Origin: Candidatus Nanoarchaeia archaeon
Lineage (GTDB): Archaea; Nanobdellota; Nanobdellia; Woesearchaeales; JACPBV01
Direction of reading: 5' to 3'
Assembly: GCA_028279655.1 (NCBI GenBank)
Contig: JANQNH010000001.1
Coordinates: forward strand, 17,484 to 81,483
DNA: 64,000 nt
In this document: positions 10,320 through 19,749 of the stretch, in pieces
Position numbering within the stretch: position 1 is the stretch's first letter
Layout: every line of letters begins with the position of its first letter
Program-made: the position numbers and the translations under genes
The notes under the pieces: model-generated
Told to the model about the DNA's origin: nothing
What the model saw: the letters and a program-made list of their open reading frames with translations, nothing else
Database searches by the model: none

Positions 10320-10792
10320 TGCATCTGGTATTTCTTAATCTTGTGTATAAGTGATTTTGTTGCGACGACAAGATTTGCTATCTCATCGCTGGTTCCATGG
10401 TATTTGATCTTCTCTACCCTTTCTCCTAGCTGGTCAATCCACCCCATCTGGTCTTCGCTTGGGGACTCTCCTCCATAAGCGATGCCTTTTGCTGCTTCAT
10501 AGTCCTGTGCTAGCTCGTAAAGCGGGCCCTGGTCCTCTTCTGTAGCTTCTTTTTTTACAGTGGCCTCCAGATTCTGCTCTTCGGCAAAGAGGCTGCTGAT
10601 ATCTATCGGTTTTGTCTCAGGGACCTTTACTGATTCTGCAATCCCATCTCTTTCTATCTGGGACTCTGTCTCATGGATCAGCTTTTCTGCTTCTTCTATC
10701 TCCTTTTTATTCTCTTCTTCAAGGGATTTTAGTCTCTTGATCCTCTCGGCAGCGGACAGCTTTCCAAGCTCTTCTTTGTTTATCTTTGCCAT
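10316..10792 (-). CDS. Acidic coiled-coil protein, unknown function. Its ATG lies in an ATGA overlap with the stop of the 9786-10319 gene, so it is upstream of and translationally coupled to the methyltransferase.
   Basis: E/K-rich coiled coil. 4-nt overlap with the 9786..10319 gene. Confidence 0.45.
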   Translation of the reverse strand: MAKINKEELGKLSAAERIKRLKSLEEENKKEIEEAEKLIHETESQIERDGIAESVKVPETKPIDISSLFAEEQNLEATVKKEATEEDQGPLYELAQDYEAAKGIAYGGESPSEDQMGWIDQLGERVEKIKYHGTSDEIANLVVATKSLIHKIKKYQMQ

Positions 10793-10855
10793 ATTTATCT
10801 GGTAATGCTATCGGGTTAATAAATCTATCTTGGATTTCATCAGGTAGTGTGGTAA

Positions 10856-13054
10856 TTATTCCATTGGTACCTGGGACCATAGGGTCCAGTCATTGCTTGG
10901 AGCATAGGATCCAAATACAAAATAAGGGGGTTGGTTCTGACCGAAGTAGGAGTATTGTACCTGGCCCCATGTCTGAGGCACTCTGGCTCCACCTCCTCCA
11001 ACGCCATATATCGGGGAGCCCATGTAACGCCAGGTTTTCATCAATCCATGGAAATCCGACAGGTCAGTGGAGGCGTCTGCTCCTGGCTCAACTGTTAAAG
11101 CTTTATCATATCCATACTTGGACAATATGTTCATAACCTCTTTTAGGGGGGCATTCCCCTGTCCTGGGGCAAGATGGTCATCCTGAAAGCCGAAGTTGTC
11201 TGACATGTGCACATTTCCAATGTAACCTCCCTTTGCAAGCTTATCGAATTCCTGAACATACCATTTTTTAAAGTCCTTATCTGCTTCTTCTATGGTCTGG
11301 CCTGGCTTAACCTGCCAGAATTTTCTCCAAACGTTTGCATGTCCTGTGTCAAAGGTAGCCTTTATGTGCTTCTCTGCCAATTTCTCAGCCTGTTCCTTGG
11401 ACATCCCTTTTTGATAGTATAGGTTATCTGTAGGGCCCCAGTCCTTTATCTTTGTTCCTTCTTGCCAAGCTCCATGTGTTATCTTTTTTTCAGTGAGGAA
11501 TCTGACCATCTGCTTTCTTGCCTGGTCTATAACAAACTTCAGTTCCTGAGGATGGCCACCAAAGCGTTCTGGGAATATGTTTTCTATTGCAAGGAAGACA
11601 GGATTGTTGTCATCCTTGGATCTTTGCCAGGTCCTGATCCCTGCTTCGGCATATAGCCTTGCGATGTGCCTTTTGAATCTTTTCACAGGGGTAACGATAT
11701 GTTTTTTTGTTTCTAAGGTGTCTTCTGCCTGCTGCTCCTGGGAGGCAGATGATTGCCGTGAATAATCGATTCTTGCCCTCATCTCTTCTATTTTACCATC
11801 TATTATTTCAAGGGGGTTTTTTGTATCCGGAGTAAGGATCTCCTGGGCGTGCCTCCATAAAGATGTATCCTGCTTCATTATCTTCCATTTCTCTTCTGGT
11901 GGAACGTCTTTGTCGAGTTTTTCATAGAACTTTCTTACTTCCTTAAGTTTTTCAAGTACTTCGATCTCTTCCTTTGCAGTTTGACCAAACTGACCTGCCC
12001 ACCCTCTAGAATGTCCTTCGTTGGTCTCTAAAGTAGCATGTATGAAAGCTTCGTCTGGATGGACCTCTCCTTCGTAATAGAACTCAGGATCGTCATACCA
12101 CTCCTTTCCTGTAAGGGCTTTCCAATGTTGTTTGTTCCATTCTGTATGCTCTACTGCTTCCTCTCTGAAATAGTCAAAATCATGATACTCAACCTTAAAT
12201 CTTTGTGCTTCAGGATCATATTGAGGGACTCTTCCATATTTTGCGTCATAGGGATTAATAATCTTATTCCCCTCATAATCTATATAATCTCCTTTTTTTA
12301 TCTTTGTTGGCTTTCCTTTCAGATGTTCAAATTCCGGGTCACTCTTCCCCTGGTATTCACCATCATAATCATGGTCTGCTCTCCTCCATTTAGGTACTGA
12401 TACGAAGCGATCTTTCTGGACTGTCTCCATCTTCTGAGAGGTCCTGTCGTCTAGAAGAACGAAGTTTGCATCTGCCTCCTGTGAGTGCCTTTCCTTGAAC
12501 ATCAACCTTCCATTCTCATCATAAGCAAGGTTCTTTTTCATCAATGGATCATCTAAGGTCATGTCTGTCATAGGCCTTTCCCACTCTCCTGTGTGTACAA
12601 CGACAGATCCTCCGCCGGCAGTGTCTGCTGCAAAGTCAACTGCCCTTCTTATCTCCTGTAGGTTCTGGCTTGCATTGTTGACAGAGAAGTTCCCTCTCTG
12701 GTCAGAGCCCATCATGCCCATTGTGAATGCCGAGTGTGTCGTGAGCTTGATCTCGTTGATGTTGGCCATCTCTCTTATGGCCTGCCTTTGGTCTTCACCA
12801 TAGACTCCCGGGGTTTGTGCGTTTCTCTGGGAGCCCCCTGCCTGTGGGAACTGTATCTCTATAGAGCCAACCCCCATCCTTATCTTAGAGTATAATCCTG
12901 CTACATTCTGCGCTGCTATCCCCATAGGGACACTCAGTCCTATGTCTTTTATGCTAAAACCAGGAGAATCTGTTTTTTCCTGGCCATACATCTCAGGATC
13001 CATGGAATTAGCATAATCTACCATTGGATGGTGGGTGTAGTATCTGAATTCCAT
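10856..13054 (-). CDS. Xylose-isomerase-like (AP endonuclease 2 family) TIM-barrel protein with a highly charged insertion of about 330 aa and a Gly-rich C-terminal tail
   Basis: ATFDTGHANVW and NVHMSDNFGFQDDHLAPGQGNAPLKEVMNILSKYGYDKALTVEPG resemble the HxHDN...PGxG..D metal-site blocks of sugar-phosphate isomerase/epimerase TIM barrels. The long D/E/K-rich middle is not part of the canonical fold. Confidence 0.5.
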   Translation of the reverse strand: MEFRYYTHHPMVDYANSMDPEMYGQEKTDSPGFSIKDIGLSVPMGIAAQNVAGLYSKIRMGVGSIEIQFPQAGGSQRNAQTPGVYGEDQRQAIREMANINEIKLTTHSAFTMGMMGSDQRGNFSVNNASQNLQEIRRAVDFAADTAGGGSVVVHTGEWERPMTDMTLDDPLMKKNLAYDENGRLMFKERHSQEADANFVLLDDRTSQKMETVQKDRFVSVPKWRRADHDYDGEYQGKSDPEFEHLKGKPTKIKKGDYIDYEGNKIINPYDAKYGRVPQYDPEAQRFKVEYHDFDYFREEAVEHTEWNKQHWKALTGKEWYDDPEFYYEGEVHPDEAFIHATLETNEGHSRGWAGQFGQTAKEEIEVLEKLKEVRKFYEKLDKDVPPEEKWKIMKQDTSLWRHAQEILTPDTKNPLEIIDGKIEEMRARIDYSRQSSASQEQQAEDTLETKKHIVTPVKRFKRHIARLYAEAGIRTWQRSKDDNNPVFLAIENIFPERFGGHPQELKFVIDQARKQMVRFLTEKKITHGAWQEGTKIKDWGPTDNLYYQKGMSKEQAEKLAEKHIKATFDTGHANVWRKFWQVKPGQTIEEADKDFKKWYVQEFDKLAKGGYIGNVHMSDNFGFQDDHLAPGQGNAPLKEVMNILSKYGYDKALTVEPGADASTDLSDFHGLMKTWRYMGSPIYGVGGGGARVPQTWGQVQYSYFGQNQPPYFVFGSYAPSNDWTLWSQVPME

Positions 13055-13085
13055 TTTAATTTTTTCCTTATTTTTATATTAAGAG

Positions 13086-13209
13086 GATTTCAACAACATT
13101 GGAATCAAACACGGATTTTACTTCGTAAAATCCTACACCAAAAGGAAATTCCCACACTTCGTATGGGAATTCCCTCTTCAGGCGTGTTTTCATCCATGTT
13201 GTTGAAATC
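13086..13209. repeat. Nested inverted-repeat element. About 29-nt imperfect terminal inverted arms enclose two internal stem-loops. Candidate MITE or structured RNA.
   Basis: Left arm gatttcaacaacattggaatcaaacacgg. Right arm revcomp gatttcaacaacatggatgaaaacacgcc. Inner hairpins ggatttta-cttcg-taaaatcc (13113-13133) and ggaaattccca...tgggaattcc (13144-13174). Confidence 0.4.
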
Positions 13210-13236
13210 TCTTTTATTTTTTATTATCCTCTTTAA

Positions 13237-14715
13237 TTACCAGTTTAACATACCGTGATGTTTCTTGAAGTGGTGGTAGATCCCCCACATTGACTTTGAA
13301 CAGTCAGATCCTGCTTTACTTTTAGTGGTCTTTATCTTGTATAGTTCTGCCTTTGAAGGCTTCTTTATCCTGCTAGAGATCTCTTTTGCTCCTTTATACG
13401 AGGTAAACATATCCTTGAATCCTTTGTACATTCCAGCTAAGGGGTTTGCACTCGGTGGCTTTTTCTCTTCCTTTTCTTCCTTCTTATCTGGGATCTGCTC
13501 TCCTGCTTCGTCCAGGTATCTCATCAGTTCGTCTCCCAAGGCCTCCATAGCAGCCTTTACAGACCCGTCTATAAGACCTAAAAGCTGGAAGTCCTCCTGC
13601 TCCCTCATCTTCTTATAGAGTAGGATCTCGTCGTCCGTCCAGGCATATGACCTGAAGGTCATCTGTACTCTTCCAACGTGCAGTGGTCCTTTCTGGTATC
13701 CTTCCTGTACATAGCTCATCTCTGGGCGGGTTCTGAACCAGAAGTGCATTAGTATTACCTGCCATATCTGCTGATCCTTTCCGGCAATCTTCATTGGTTT
13801 TCCCTGCGGTTTTTTTGCCAATATCTCAACCTCTATCATGGATGTCTCGAATGCAGCAAGTATATCAGGGGATTCGGCCTTACTTTGGTCCATCATAAGC
13901 CTCTGGATATTCTTAAGGTAGGGCTTGACCCAGGCCATGTACATCCGAATTATCTCGTAATGCTGTCTTAGGTACTTTAGTGTGAATATCCTCCTGTTCT
14001 TGAGCTCTTCAAAGGTAGCTTCTTTCCAGGCAAGGAAGCTTCTTAGCTTTCTTTTCAGGACCTCCCTTACTTTCCTGTTGAACTCTCCTCTTTCTGATTC
14101 TACTACAAGATCTACATCCTCCTGCTTAAGAGGGTGGGTGCTGAAGAAAAGATCAGGGAGGGTTGTGAACTGAACTTCTCGAGCCATACCATATACAGAG
14201 GCAGGGTTCTTTGCGCCTTGTTCAACCATGTCTACCCAGATGCCCTTTAGGGTTATCTCTGCGCTTTCCCTGCTGTGGCTTGCTTCCTGATAGGAATCCT
14301 GATAGTATCCCATCCTTTCATCCAGTACTCTCAGTTCCCTAACTAACTGAAATAATTCCTTTACCATCTTTCCGATAGTTGCCAGGAACTGGGATACCTT
14401 ATCCTGCTGCAGGCCTAACCTTTGCTGGGCTGACCCAAAGAAGGCAGAGTTTTCAGCAGCTGAGAATATGTCTGTTATCTTGTCTATCCTATTGAAGGCA
14501 TGGAACCACCTCATATAATGGAGTATCCAGAAATAAGGCTCTTCAATGGAGATGTTGTATCCCTCTACAAAAAGCCTTAATCTCCTAAGGGGTTTAGGGT
14601 AACCAGTAGGTAACTTGTCTTTCTCATCTCTGGTTACTTCCACATCTTCTTTTCCATCTTTTCCAAGGACTTTTATTATATCTTTTGGGTCTTTCATCTT
14701 AATCAACATGGTCAT
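13237..14715 (-). CDS. Hypothetical protein (492 aa), overlaps upstream kef by 17 nt in an operon arrangement
   Basis: Long ORF with no recognisable motifs. Coupled to the Kef gene. Confidence 0.5.
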   Translation of the reverse strand: MTMLIKMKDPKDIIKVLGKDGKEDVEVTRDEKDKLPTGYPKPLRRLRLFVEGYNISIEEPYFWILHYMRWFHAFNRIDKITDIFSAAENSAFFGSAQQRLGLQQDKVSQFLATIGKMVKELFQLVRELRVLDERMGYYQDSYQEASHSRESAEITLKGIWVDMVEQGAKNPASVYGMAREVQFTTLPDLFFSTHPLKQEDVDLVVESERGEFNRKVREVLKRKLRSFLAWKEATFEELKNRRIFTLKYLRQHYEIIRMYMAWVKPYLKNIQRLMMDQSKAESPDILAAFETSMIEVEILAKKPQGKPMKIAGKDQQIWQVILMHFWFRTRPEMSYVQEGYQKGPLHVGRVQMTFRSYAWTDDEILLYKKMREQEDFQLLGLIDGSVKAAMEALGDELMRYLDEAGEQIPDKKEEKEEKKPPSANPLAGMYKGFKDMFTSYKGAKEISSRIKKPSKAELYKIKTTKSKAGSDCSKSMWGIYHHFKKHHGMLNW

Positions 14716-16465
14716 GGTGTTTTGGGTGGTCGTGGCCTATCCTCTGCCTGTGTTTCAGTTCTTTTATATGTTTCAGCCTGTGCTCTATGATCTTCCCTAC
14801 GTTTTCGCTGAATTCTTCAATCATTAGGGAGACATGCTCTCCTCCAAGGAAATGTGGGAGGATGACGTAATCAGCTCCTGCATCATAAAGCTTTAGGGCT
14901 TTTTCAACCTCTGATGCAGTAACGTATATTGCTGCATCTTTGTTTACTTCCTTGATCTTCTCTATCAGAAGCTTATTCACCCTGCTGCTAGGGATTGTTG
15001 AGATTATCATCTCAGCTTCATCGAATGGCAGCCTTTCCAGGACCTCTACGTCACCTGCGTCACCATATATGCAGGATATCTTTTTTCTGATCAGCATCTT
15101 TATTATCTCCGGATTATAATCTACGACAAGCATCTTTTTATGCAGTTTCGTTATTGTCCTGGATATTGAATATCCTATCCTGTTATGTCCACACATGATA
15201 ACGTTGATCTTTTTCTTTGGCATATATTCCAGATCCTCATAACCATGGTTGAACCTTTCGAATACCTTTAATGATTTCTTGAACCTGTTGTATAGCTTGT
15301 CCTCAAACTTTATGAAATAGGATGTGATCATCATGGTGATTATAGCAACCAATATAGTAAGGGTGAATATCCCCCTTGATACATGACCCAACATCAGGCC
15401 CTGGCTGACTATTATAAGGCCGAATTCTGATACCTGTGCCAGGGATATAGAGGTTATGAAGCTTATCCTTCTCTTATAACCGAAGAAGGAACACAGGAAC
15501 ATGGTTATGAACGGCTTTACCAATACTGCAAGAACAAGGAGTATGATCATAGGTGCGATTATAGGGATGATCTCGTCTACAACTAATTCCATCCCCAGTG
15601 AAACAAAGAATATCGTTGCAAAGAAATCCCTTAGTGATTTTACTCTGCCGATTATGGCGAAGTTATATGGGAGGGAGGCAAGGCTTAGTCCAGCCAGGAA
15701 GGCACCTATAGCTATGGATAAATTCAGATAGAAGGCTGCTATTGACAACAGGAAGCAGACAGATATTGAGGCAAGGAACAAAAGCTCCTGGGATTTTGCT
15801 GCTGTCTTGAAGATTTTTGGAAGTACAGACTTTGTCAGGGCCATTATGGCAAGCAGCAACAAGATACCTTTTACGAGGGCAAGGATTACAGCCAAGAAGG
15901 AGTTACCTTCAAGGGATACAAGTATGGATAAGGCAAGTATAGCTAGGATGTCTTCCATCAATAATATGCCTACGACAATCCTTCCATGAAGGGTGTCAAG
16001 CTCTCTCTTGTCAGATATCAGCTTTATTACAACCATGGTTGAGCTGAATGCTATTATTATCCCTATGTATATCGCTTCTCTTGTAACGAATCCAAGTATC
16101 AATGCGATCAGGAAACCTAGTGTAAACATCGTGAGGCTTCTTATCGTGCCTCCTAGGCCAGAGACCAGGGCAACCTCTTTTATCTTCTTTATGTTCATCT
16201 CAAGGCCTACTATGAACAAGAGGAATGCAATGCCTATCTCAGACATATTTATTATCAGTTCTTTGTTGTCAATAAGTCCAAGAACAGGTCCAATCAGCAG
16301 CCCTGTTACTATATATGCTGGGATAAGGGGCTGTTTTAATTTCCTTGATATGAATGCTAGCACTGTTGCGATTATTATTACAGCTCCAATCTGGAAAAAT
16401 GCTTCATTAACATGGGTATTTGTGAAGAACTGTTCCAACTTTGGTGCTAATTCTATCAGGTTCAT
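14699..16465 (-). CDS. kef: CPA2-family Kef-type monovalent cation:proton antiporter with C-terminal RCK/TrkA-N domain and His-rich tail
   Basis: About 12 TM N-terminal Na+/H+ exchanger-like domain (GLLIGPVLGLID). RCK Rossmann NVIMCGHNRIGYSISRTI...VVDYNPE. C-terminal HDHPKHHDH. Confidence 0.8.
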   Translation of the reverse strand: MNLIELAPKLEQFFTNTHVNEAFFQIGAVIIIATVLAFISRKLKQPLIPAYIVTGLLIGPVLGLIDNKELIINMSEIGIAFLLFIVGLEMNIKKIKEVALVSGLGGTIRSLTMFTLGFLIALILGFVTREAIYIGIIIAFSSTMVVIKLISDKRELDTLHGRIVVGILLMEDILAILALSILVSLEGNSFLAVILALVKGILLLLAIMALTKSVLPKIFKTAAKSQELLFLASISVCFLLSIAAFYLNLSIAIGAFLAGLSLASLPYNFAIIGRVKSLRDFFATIFFVSLGMELVVDEIIPIIAPMIILLVLAVLVKPFITMFLCSFFGYKRRISFITSISLAQVSEFGLIIVSQGLMLGHVSRGIFTLTILVAIITMMITSYFIKFEDKLYNRFKKSLKVFERFNHGYEDLEYMPKKKINVIMCGHNRIGYSISRTITKLHKKMLVVDYNPEIIKMLIRKKISCIYGDAGDVEVLERLPFDEAEMIISTIPSSRVNKLLIEKIKEVNKDAAIYVTASEVEKALKLYDAGADYVILPHFLGGEHVSLMIEEFSENVGKIIEHRLKHIKELKHRQRIGHDHPKHHDHVD

Positions 16466-16605
16466 TTTTTAATCTCTAAGATAAATCCCCCTTTATGTTT
16501 TTTAAAGTCCAGGTTCATCCCTTTTTCAAGGCCTTCGTATTCTGCTATCCTCTTAGGTATAGTAATCACGAGCTGACCTGAATATAGTTTTTGGATCTTT
16601 ACCAT
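16462..16605 (-). CDS. AbrB/MazE/SpoVT-type swapped-hairpin DNA-binding protein (47 aa). Its stop overlaps the kef ATG (ATGA).
   Basis: MVKIQKLYSGQLVITIPKRIAEYEGLEKGMNLDFKKHKGGFILEIKK, the classic G(Q)xxITIPKxIxxxxGLxxGxxL pattern. Below the 60-aa cutoff of the ORF track. Confidence 0.55.
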   Translation of the reverse strand: MVKIQKLYSGQLVITIPKRIAEYEGLEKGMNLDFKKHKGGFILEIKK

Positions 16606-16660
16606 GTTGCTTATCTATGTATTGAGTCCTGTTTGTTTCTTTGTTTTATTTGGGATATTT

Positions 16661-16742
16661 GATAATACTAGTATTTTTGATAGTTTTTTTACTCTATTTT
16701 ATGATATCTAGTATACTATTTTATATACTAGTATTTAAATAT
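16661..16742. promoter_or_regulatory. Two perfect copies of the 10-bp palindrome ATACTAGTAT plus an AGTATACT palindrome in an AT-rich promoter region. Candidate operator.
   Basis: atactagtat at 16665-16674 and 16725-16734. agtatact at 16710-16717. Upstream of the AbrB-like/kef operon start (16605). Confidence 0.35.
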
Positions 16743-16797
16743 TGTGTTTTTCTTGATAATACCAAATATTAAATAAACCTGGATATTCCCAATTATA

Positions 16798-17115
16798 ATG
16801 GCAGAAAGTTATGAAATACCTTTTAATGAGACAGTAGCTATTCCAGTTATGGGGGACAAAAAAGTTAGATTTACCTACACCAATCAACCCCCTTTTGAAG
16901 TTGTCTATGCTTTGTCTTACTCGAGTCCTTTTGGAGGGGGCGGGGGTTGTAAATCGGTCTATCATTCGGAAACCGAGAAACCGATACGTGGTAAATTTAG
17001 TATCGGTGGAAGAAATTTTGGCTGGGTTGACTTTAGGGTAACTGATGCGTCTCCTGAAAATGTCTGGTTGGATTATATTGGTTTCAGACCCAGACCCCCT
17101 GGTAGATCAGTTTAG
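16798..17115 (+). CDS. Hypothetical small protein with Gly5 tract
   Basis: ORF only. FGGGGGCKS motif. Confidence 0.3.
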   Translation: MAESYEIPFNETVAIPVMGDKKVRFTYTNQPPFEVVYALSYSSPFGGGGGCKSVYHSETEKPIRGKFSIGGRNFGWVDFRVTDASPENVWLDYIGFRPRPPGRSV

Positions 17116-17130
17116 ACCTCTTTCCATAAT

Positions 17131-17925
17131 TTACTTTAGAATTCTTTTTATCTCTTCTACGAGATCAGAAGCAAGATAGGTAAATCCTTTTTTCTTTTTT
17201 AGCAATATGTCTCCTGCTAATCCGTTATAGTAAGCTGCGTTGATTGAAGATTGCAGAAGGGACAGGCCTTGGCCTAGGAAACCAACACAAAGGCCAGCTA
17301 ATACGTCTCCTGTTCCTGCTTTGGTCATACCTGGGTTTCCGGTTTTGTTGATGTATGTTTTTGATTTTGTTATTATCCTGTCTGTTTGGCCTTTTAGCAG
17401 GATGATGTTGTCTCTTATGTGTTTTTTTAGGATTCTTTCGTCCAGTTTTGAGTTTTTTAATAGGGTCTTGAACTCTCTTTTGTGAGGAGTTAGGATGGCG
17501 TTGTTGATGTCCTGTAATCTGATGTGTTTTATGGCGTCTGCGTCTATAACTAATGGTTTTTTTGTTTCCTTTATGTACTTTTTAACAAAAGAGCTGCAGT
17601 GCATCCCTATTCCATTTCCTATAAGCACTGCGTCAAAGTCTTTCTCCAGCTTTAGAATATCTTTAGCTCTTGATGAGCGGAAATCATCTCCCTTGAACTT
17701 CTTAACAATCAGGTCAGGGCTTATAGCATTGATTGCATATCCAACCTTTTCTGGGGCTGCTATTGTGACCCAATCAACACCTGACCTTAATGCAGCCAGG
17801 CCTGCAAGTGCAACTGCACCAACATATTCCTTAGAGCCACCTATAATAAGGACCTTGCCATTATCTCCCTTATGGGAGTTAGAACTCCTTTTTGGAAGTT
17901 TTATATGCCTTTTTGTTATGTTCAT
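17131..17925 (-). CDS. nnrD: ADP-dependent NAD(P)H-hydrate dehydratase (YjeF C-terminal / carbohydrate-kinase-like domain)
   Basis: GTGDVLAGLCVGFLGQG and IGGSKEYVGA motifs. Confidence 0.75.
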   Translation of the reverse strand: MNITKRHIKLPKRSSNSHKGDNGKVLIIGGSKEYVGAVALAGLAALRSGVDWVTIAAPEKVGYAINAISPDLIVKKFKGDDFRSSRAKDILKLEKDFDAVLIGNGIGMHCSSFVKKYIKETKKPLVIDADAIKHIRLQDINNAILTPHKREFKTLLKNSKLDERILKKHIRDNIILLKGQTDRIITKSKTYINKTGNPGMTKAGTGDVLAGLCVGFLGQGLSLLQSSINAAYYNGLAGDILLKKKKGFTYLASDLVEEIKRILK

Positions 17926-18128
17926 CTAAACATCTTATAGAGTACCCTAACTGATAACAGTACGACCAATACTATAAATACCCATAGGTATTGTACTACG
18001 AAATCAGCTATGTATGCTCCTATAATAACCCCCAATAACAAGGAAGCCCACTTGATGCATCCAATGTCCCAGACATTAAGGTTCTTTAATTTTCCATCTG
18101 CCCAACTGATCAATCCCATGTTAATCAC
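17922..18128 (-). CDS. Small membrane protein
   Basis: Two hydrophobic helices. 4-nt overlap with the downstream gene. Confidence 0.3.
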   Translation of the reverse strand: MINMGLISWADGKLKNLNVWDIGCIKWASLLLGVIIGAYIADFVVQYLWVFIVLVVLLSVRVLYKMFR

Positions 18129-18138
18129 CTTTTATGTA

Positions 18139-18363
18139 TTATTTTTTCTTCTTCTTTTTACCAACACATGTACATTTATCAGGAATCTTTGGATTCATTA
18201 TCGGGCATGTAACCATTGCCACTGACATCAATACCGTAAGAAACAACCCATTTATCCCCGGGTTTACCACTCCCAGCAGGTCCAGCACCAAAGCAAAGAA
18301 TGCCCATGTTGCCAATCCTGATATCACACATTTTCCAGCACAACTCTTACACATATCAATCAC
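18139..18363 (-). CDS. Small Cys-rich membrane protein ending in a K6 tail
   Basis: CKSCAGKC, CTCVGKKKKKK and two TM helices. Confidence 0.3.
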   Translation of the reverse strand: MIDMCKSCAGKCVISGLATWAFFALVLDLLGVVNPGINGLFLTVLMSVAMVTCPIMNPKIPDKCTCVGKKKKKK

Positions 18364-18375
18364 CTCTTTTTTGAA

Positions 18376-18969
18376 TCAGTTCTTTATTCCGATATCCACT
18401 ATCTTAGTCTTATCCTTGTCAAGTCCTTTCTTGATATCATGGAATGTTATAATCAGGTCAGGGTTTAAGGCTTTGTTTGCATGTTCTCCTGTGTCAGGGT
18501 TTATCCCTGTTGGTATATCTATAGATATCTTGAATGCAGTTGATTTGTTGATCAGTTCTATTATGGAACTTATCGGTTCCTGCAGATCACCTTCAACCCC
18601 TGTCCCAAGCACGGCGTCAATTATTATATCATAATCATCCAGGTCTGTCTGCTCTGGACTTATCAATAGCTGTATCTTGTTGTTCTCTTCAATCCTCTTG
18701 AAGTTTGTCCTTCCTTCTTCCTTGAACTTTGATTCATCACCAATGAACAGGACGTCGGTTTCTGCCTCTTCACACAGGTGGCGAGCTGCAACAAATCCGT
18801 CTCCTCCGTTATTCCCATGGTAGGAGATTATAAGAATTCTCTTATTTTTTATATCAGGGAATCTCTCCTTTATTGTCTCATATACGCCCCTGCCTGCATT
18901 CTCCATCAAGGTAATCTTAGGTATGCCGCAGGTATCTTCCAGCTTTTTCATATCGGTTGTGGTTATCAT
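18376..18969 (-). CDS. nnrE: NAD(P)H-hydrate epimerase (YjeF N-terminal domain)
   Basis: MENAGRGVYE...ILIISYHGNNGGDGFVAARHL. Confidence 0.75.
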   Translation of the reverse strand: MITTTDMKKLEDTCGIPKITLMENAGRGVYETIKERFPDIKNKRILIISYHGNNGGDGFVAARHLCEEAETDVLFIGDESKFKEEGRTNFKRIEENNKIQLLISPEQTDLDDYDIIIDAVLGTGVEGDLQEPISSIIELINKSTAFKISIDIPTGINPDTGEHANKALNPDLIITFHDIKKGLDKDKTKIVDIGIKN

Positions 18970-19748
18970 GCTAAAAATCCTTCCAGTTTCTCTTTAGCGT
19001 CTATATTGTTGTCGAATCTCTTTATTAATCTTTCTATCTCGTCGGTGCTTTTTATGCCTTTTTCCTTCAGGAAATCCATGAGGTCAACCTTCTCTGAATT
19101 GTTTATTCTCTTAAGCAGGAAGTTATAGGGATAGTTCATGGCTGGTTTTATCTCCTTGCTTTTCATCAGGGTGATTATCAATCGATTTATCCATTCTGTA
19201 AGATAGTCATATTCTATAATGTCCAGGAAATCCTCACCAAACGCATCATGCAGCTGTGTTACCAATTCTTTCTTGTTATTGTCCTTAAGCTTGGGTATTA
19301 TATCCTTCATCGAAGGGCAGGAACCGAACATCTCTTCTTTCTTTAGATTCTCTCCTGTGTTCAGGAAAGGGCCTTTGTTGAAAGGGAATAGCCTGCAGAT
19401 AAATGCCCTCTTTTTGTCATATATCAGGCACTTGTTGTTCTTAAGAAATGGGCAACTGTCATAATCCATATAGTAGGTTACGATGATTGATTTGTTTGAG
19501 TTCAGGTCCAGAATGACCCTTGAAGGAAGTATCTTTGCGTCTATGTCTACCTCTTTTTGCCATTCTTTGAATCTCTTGGCTTCGAAGTCAAACAATGGAA
19601 AGGACATCCTTTCAATAGGGAATAGCTGTACCAAAGGCAGTTTTCCATAGGCATTCTCCTTTAGAAATTCCTTCTCCTCTTCAGATATCATTCCCCTTAT
19701 ATGGGAACAACACTGACCGCATTGAATGCACTGGAATTTAGGTATCAT
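18966..19748 (-). CDS. YkgJ-family CxxCxxCC putative Zn/Fe-binding protein
   Basis: FQCIQCGQCCSH at N-terminus. Confidence 0.55.
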   Translation of the reverse strand: MIPKFQCIQCGQCCSHIRGMISEEEKEFLKENAYGKLPLVQLFPIERMSFPLFDFEAKRFKEWQKEVDIDAKILPSRVILDLNSNKSIIVTYYMDYDSCPFLKNNKCLIYDKKRAFICRLFPFNKGPFLNTGENLKKEEMFGSCPSMKDIIPKLKDNNKKELVTQLHDAFGEDFLDIIEYDYLTEWINRLIITLMKSKEIKPAMNYPYNFLLKRINNSEKVDLMDFLKEKGIKSTDEIERLIKRFDNNIDAKEKLEGFLA

Positions 19749-19749
19749 A

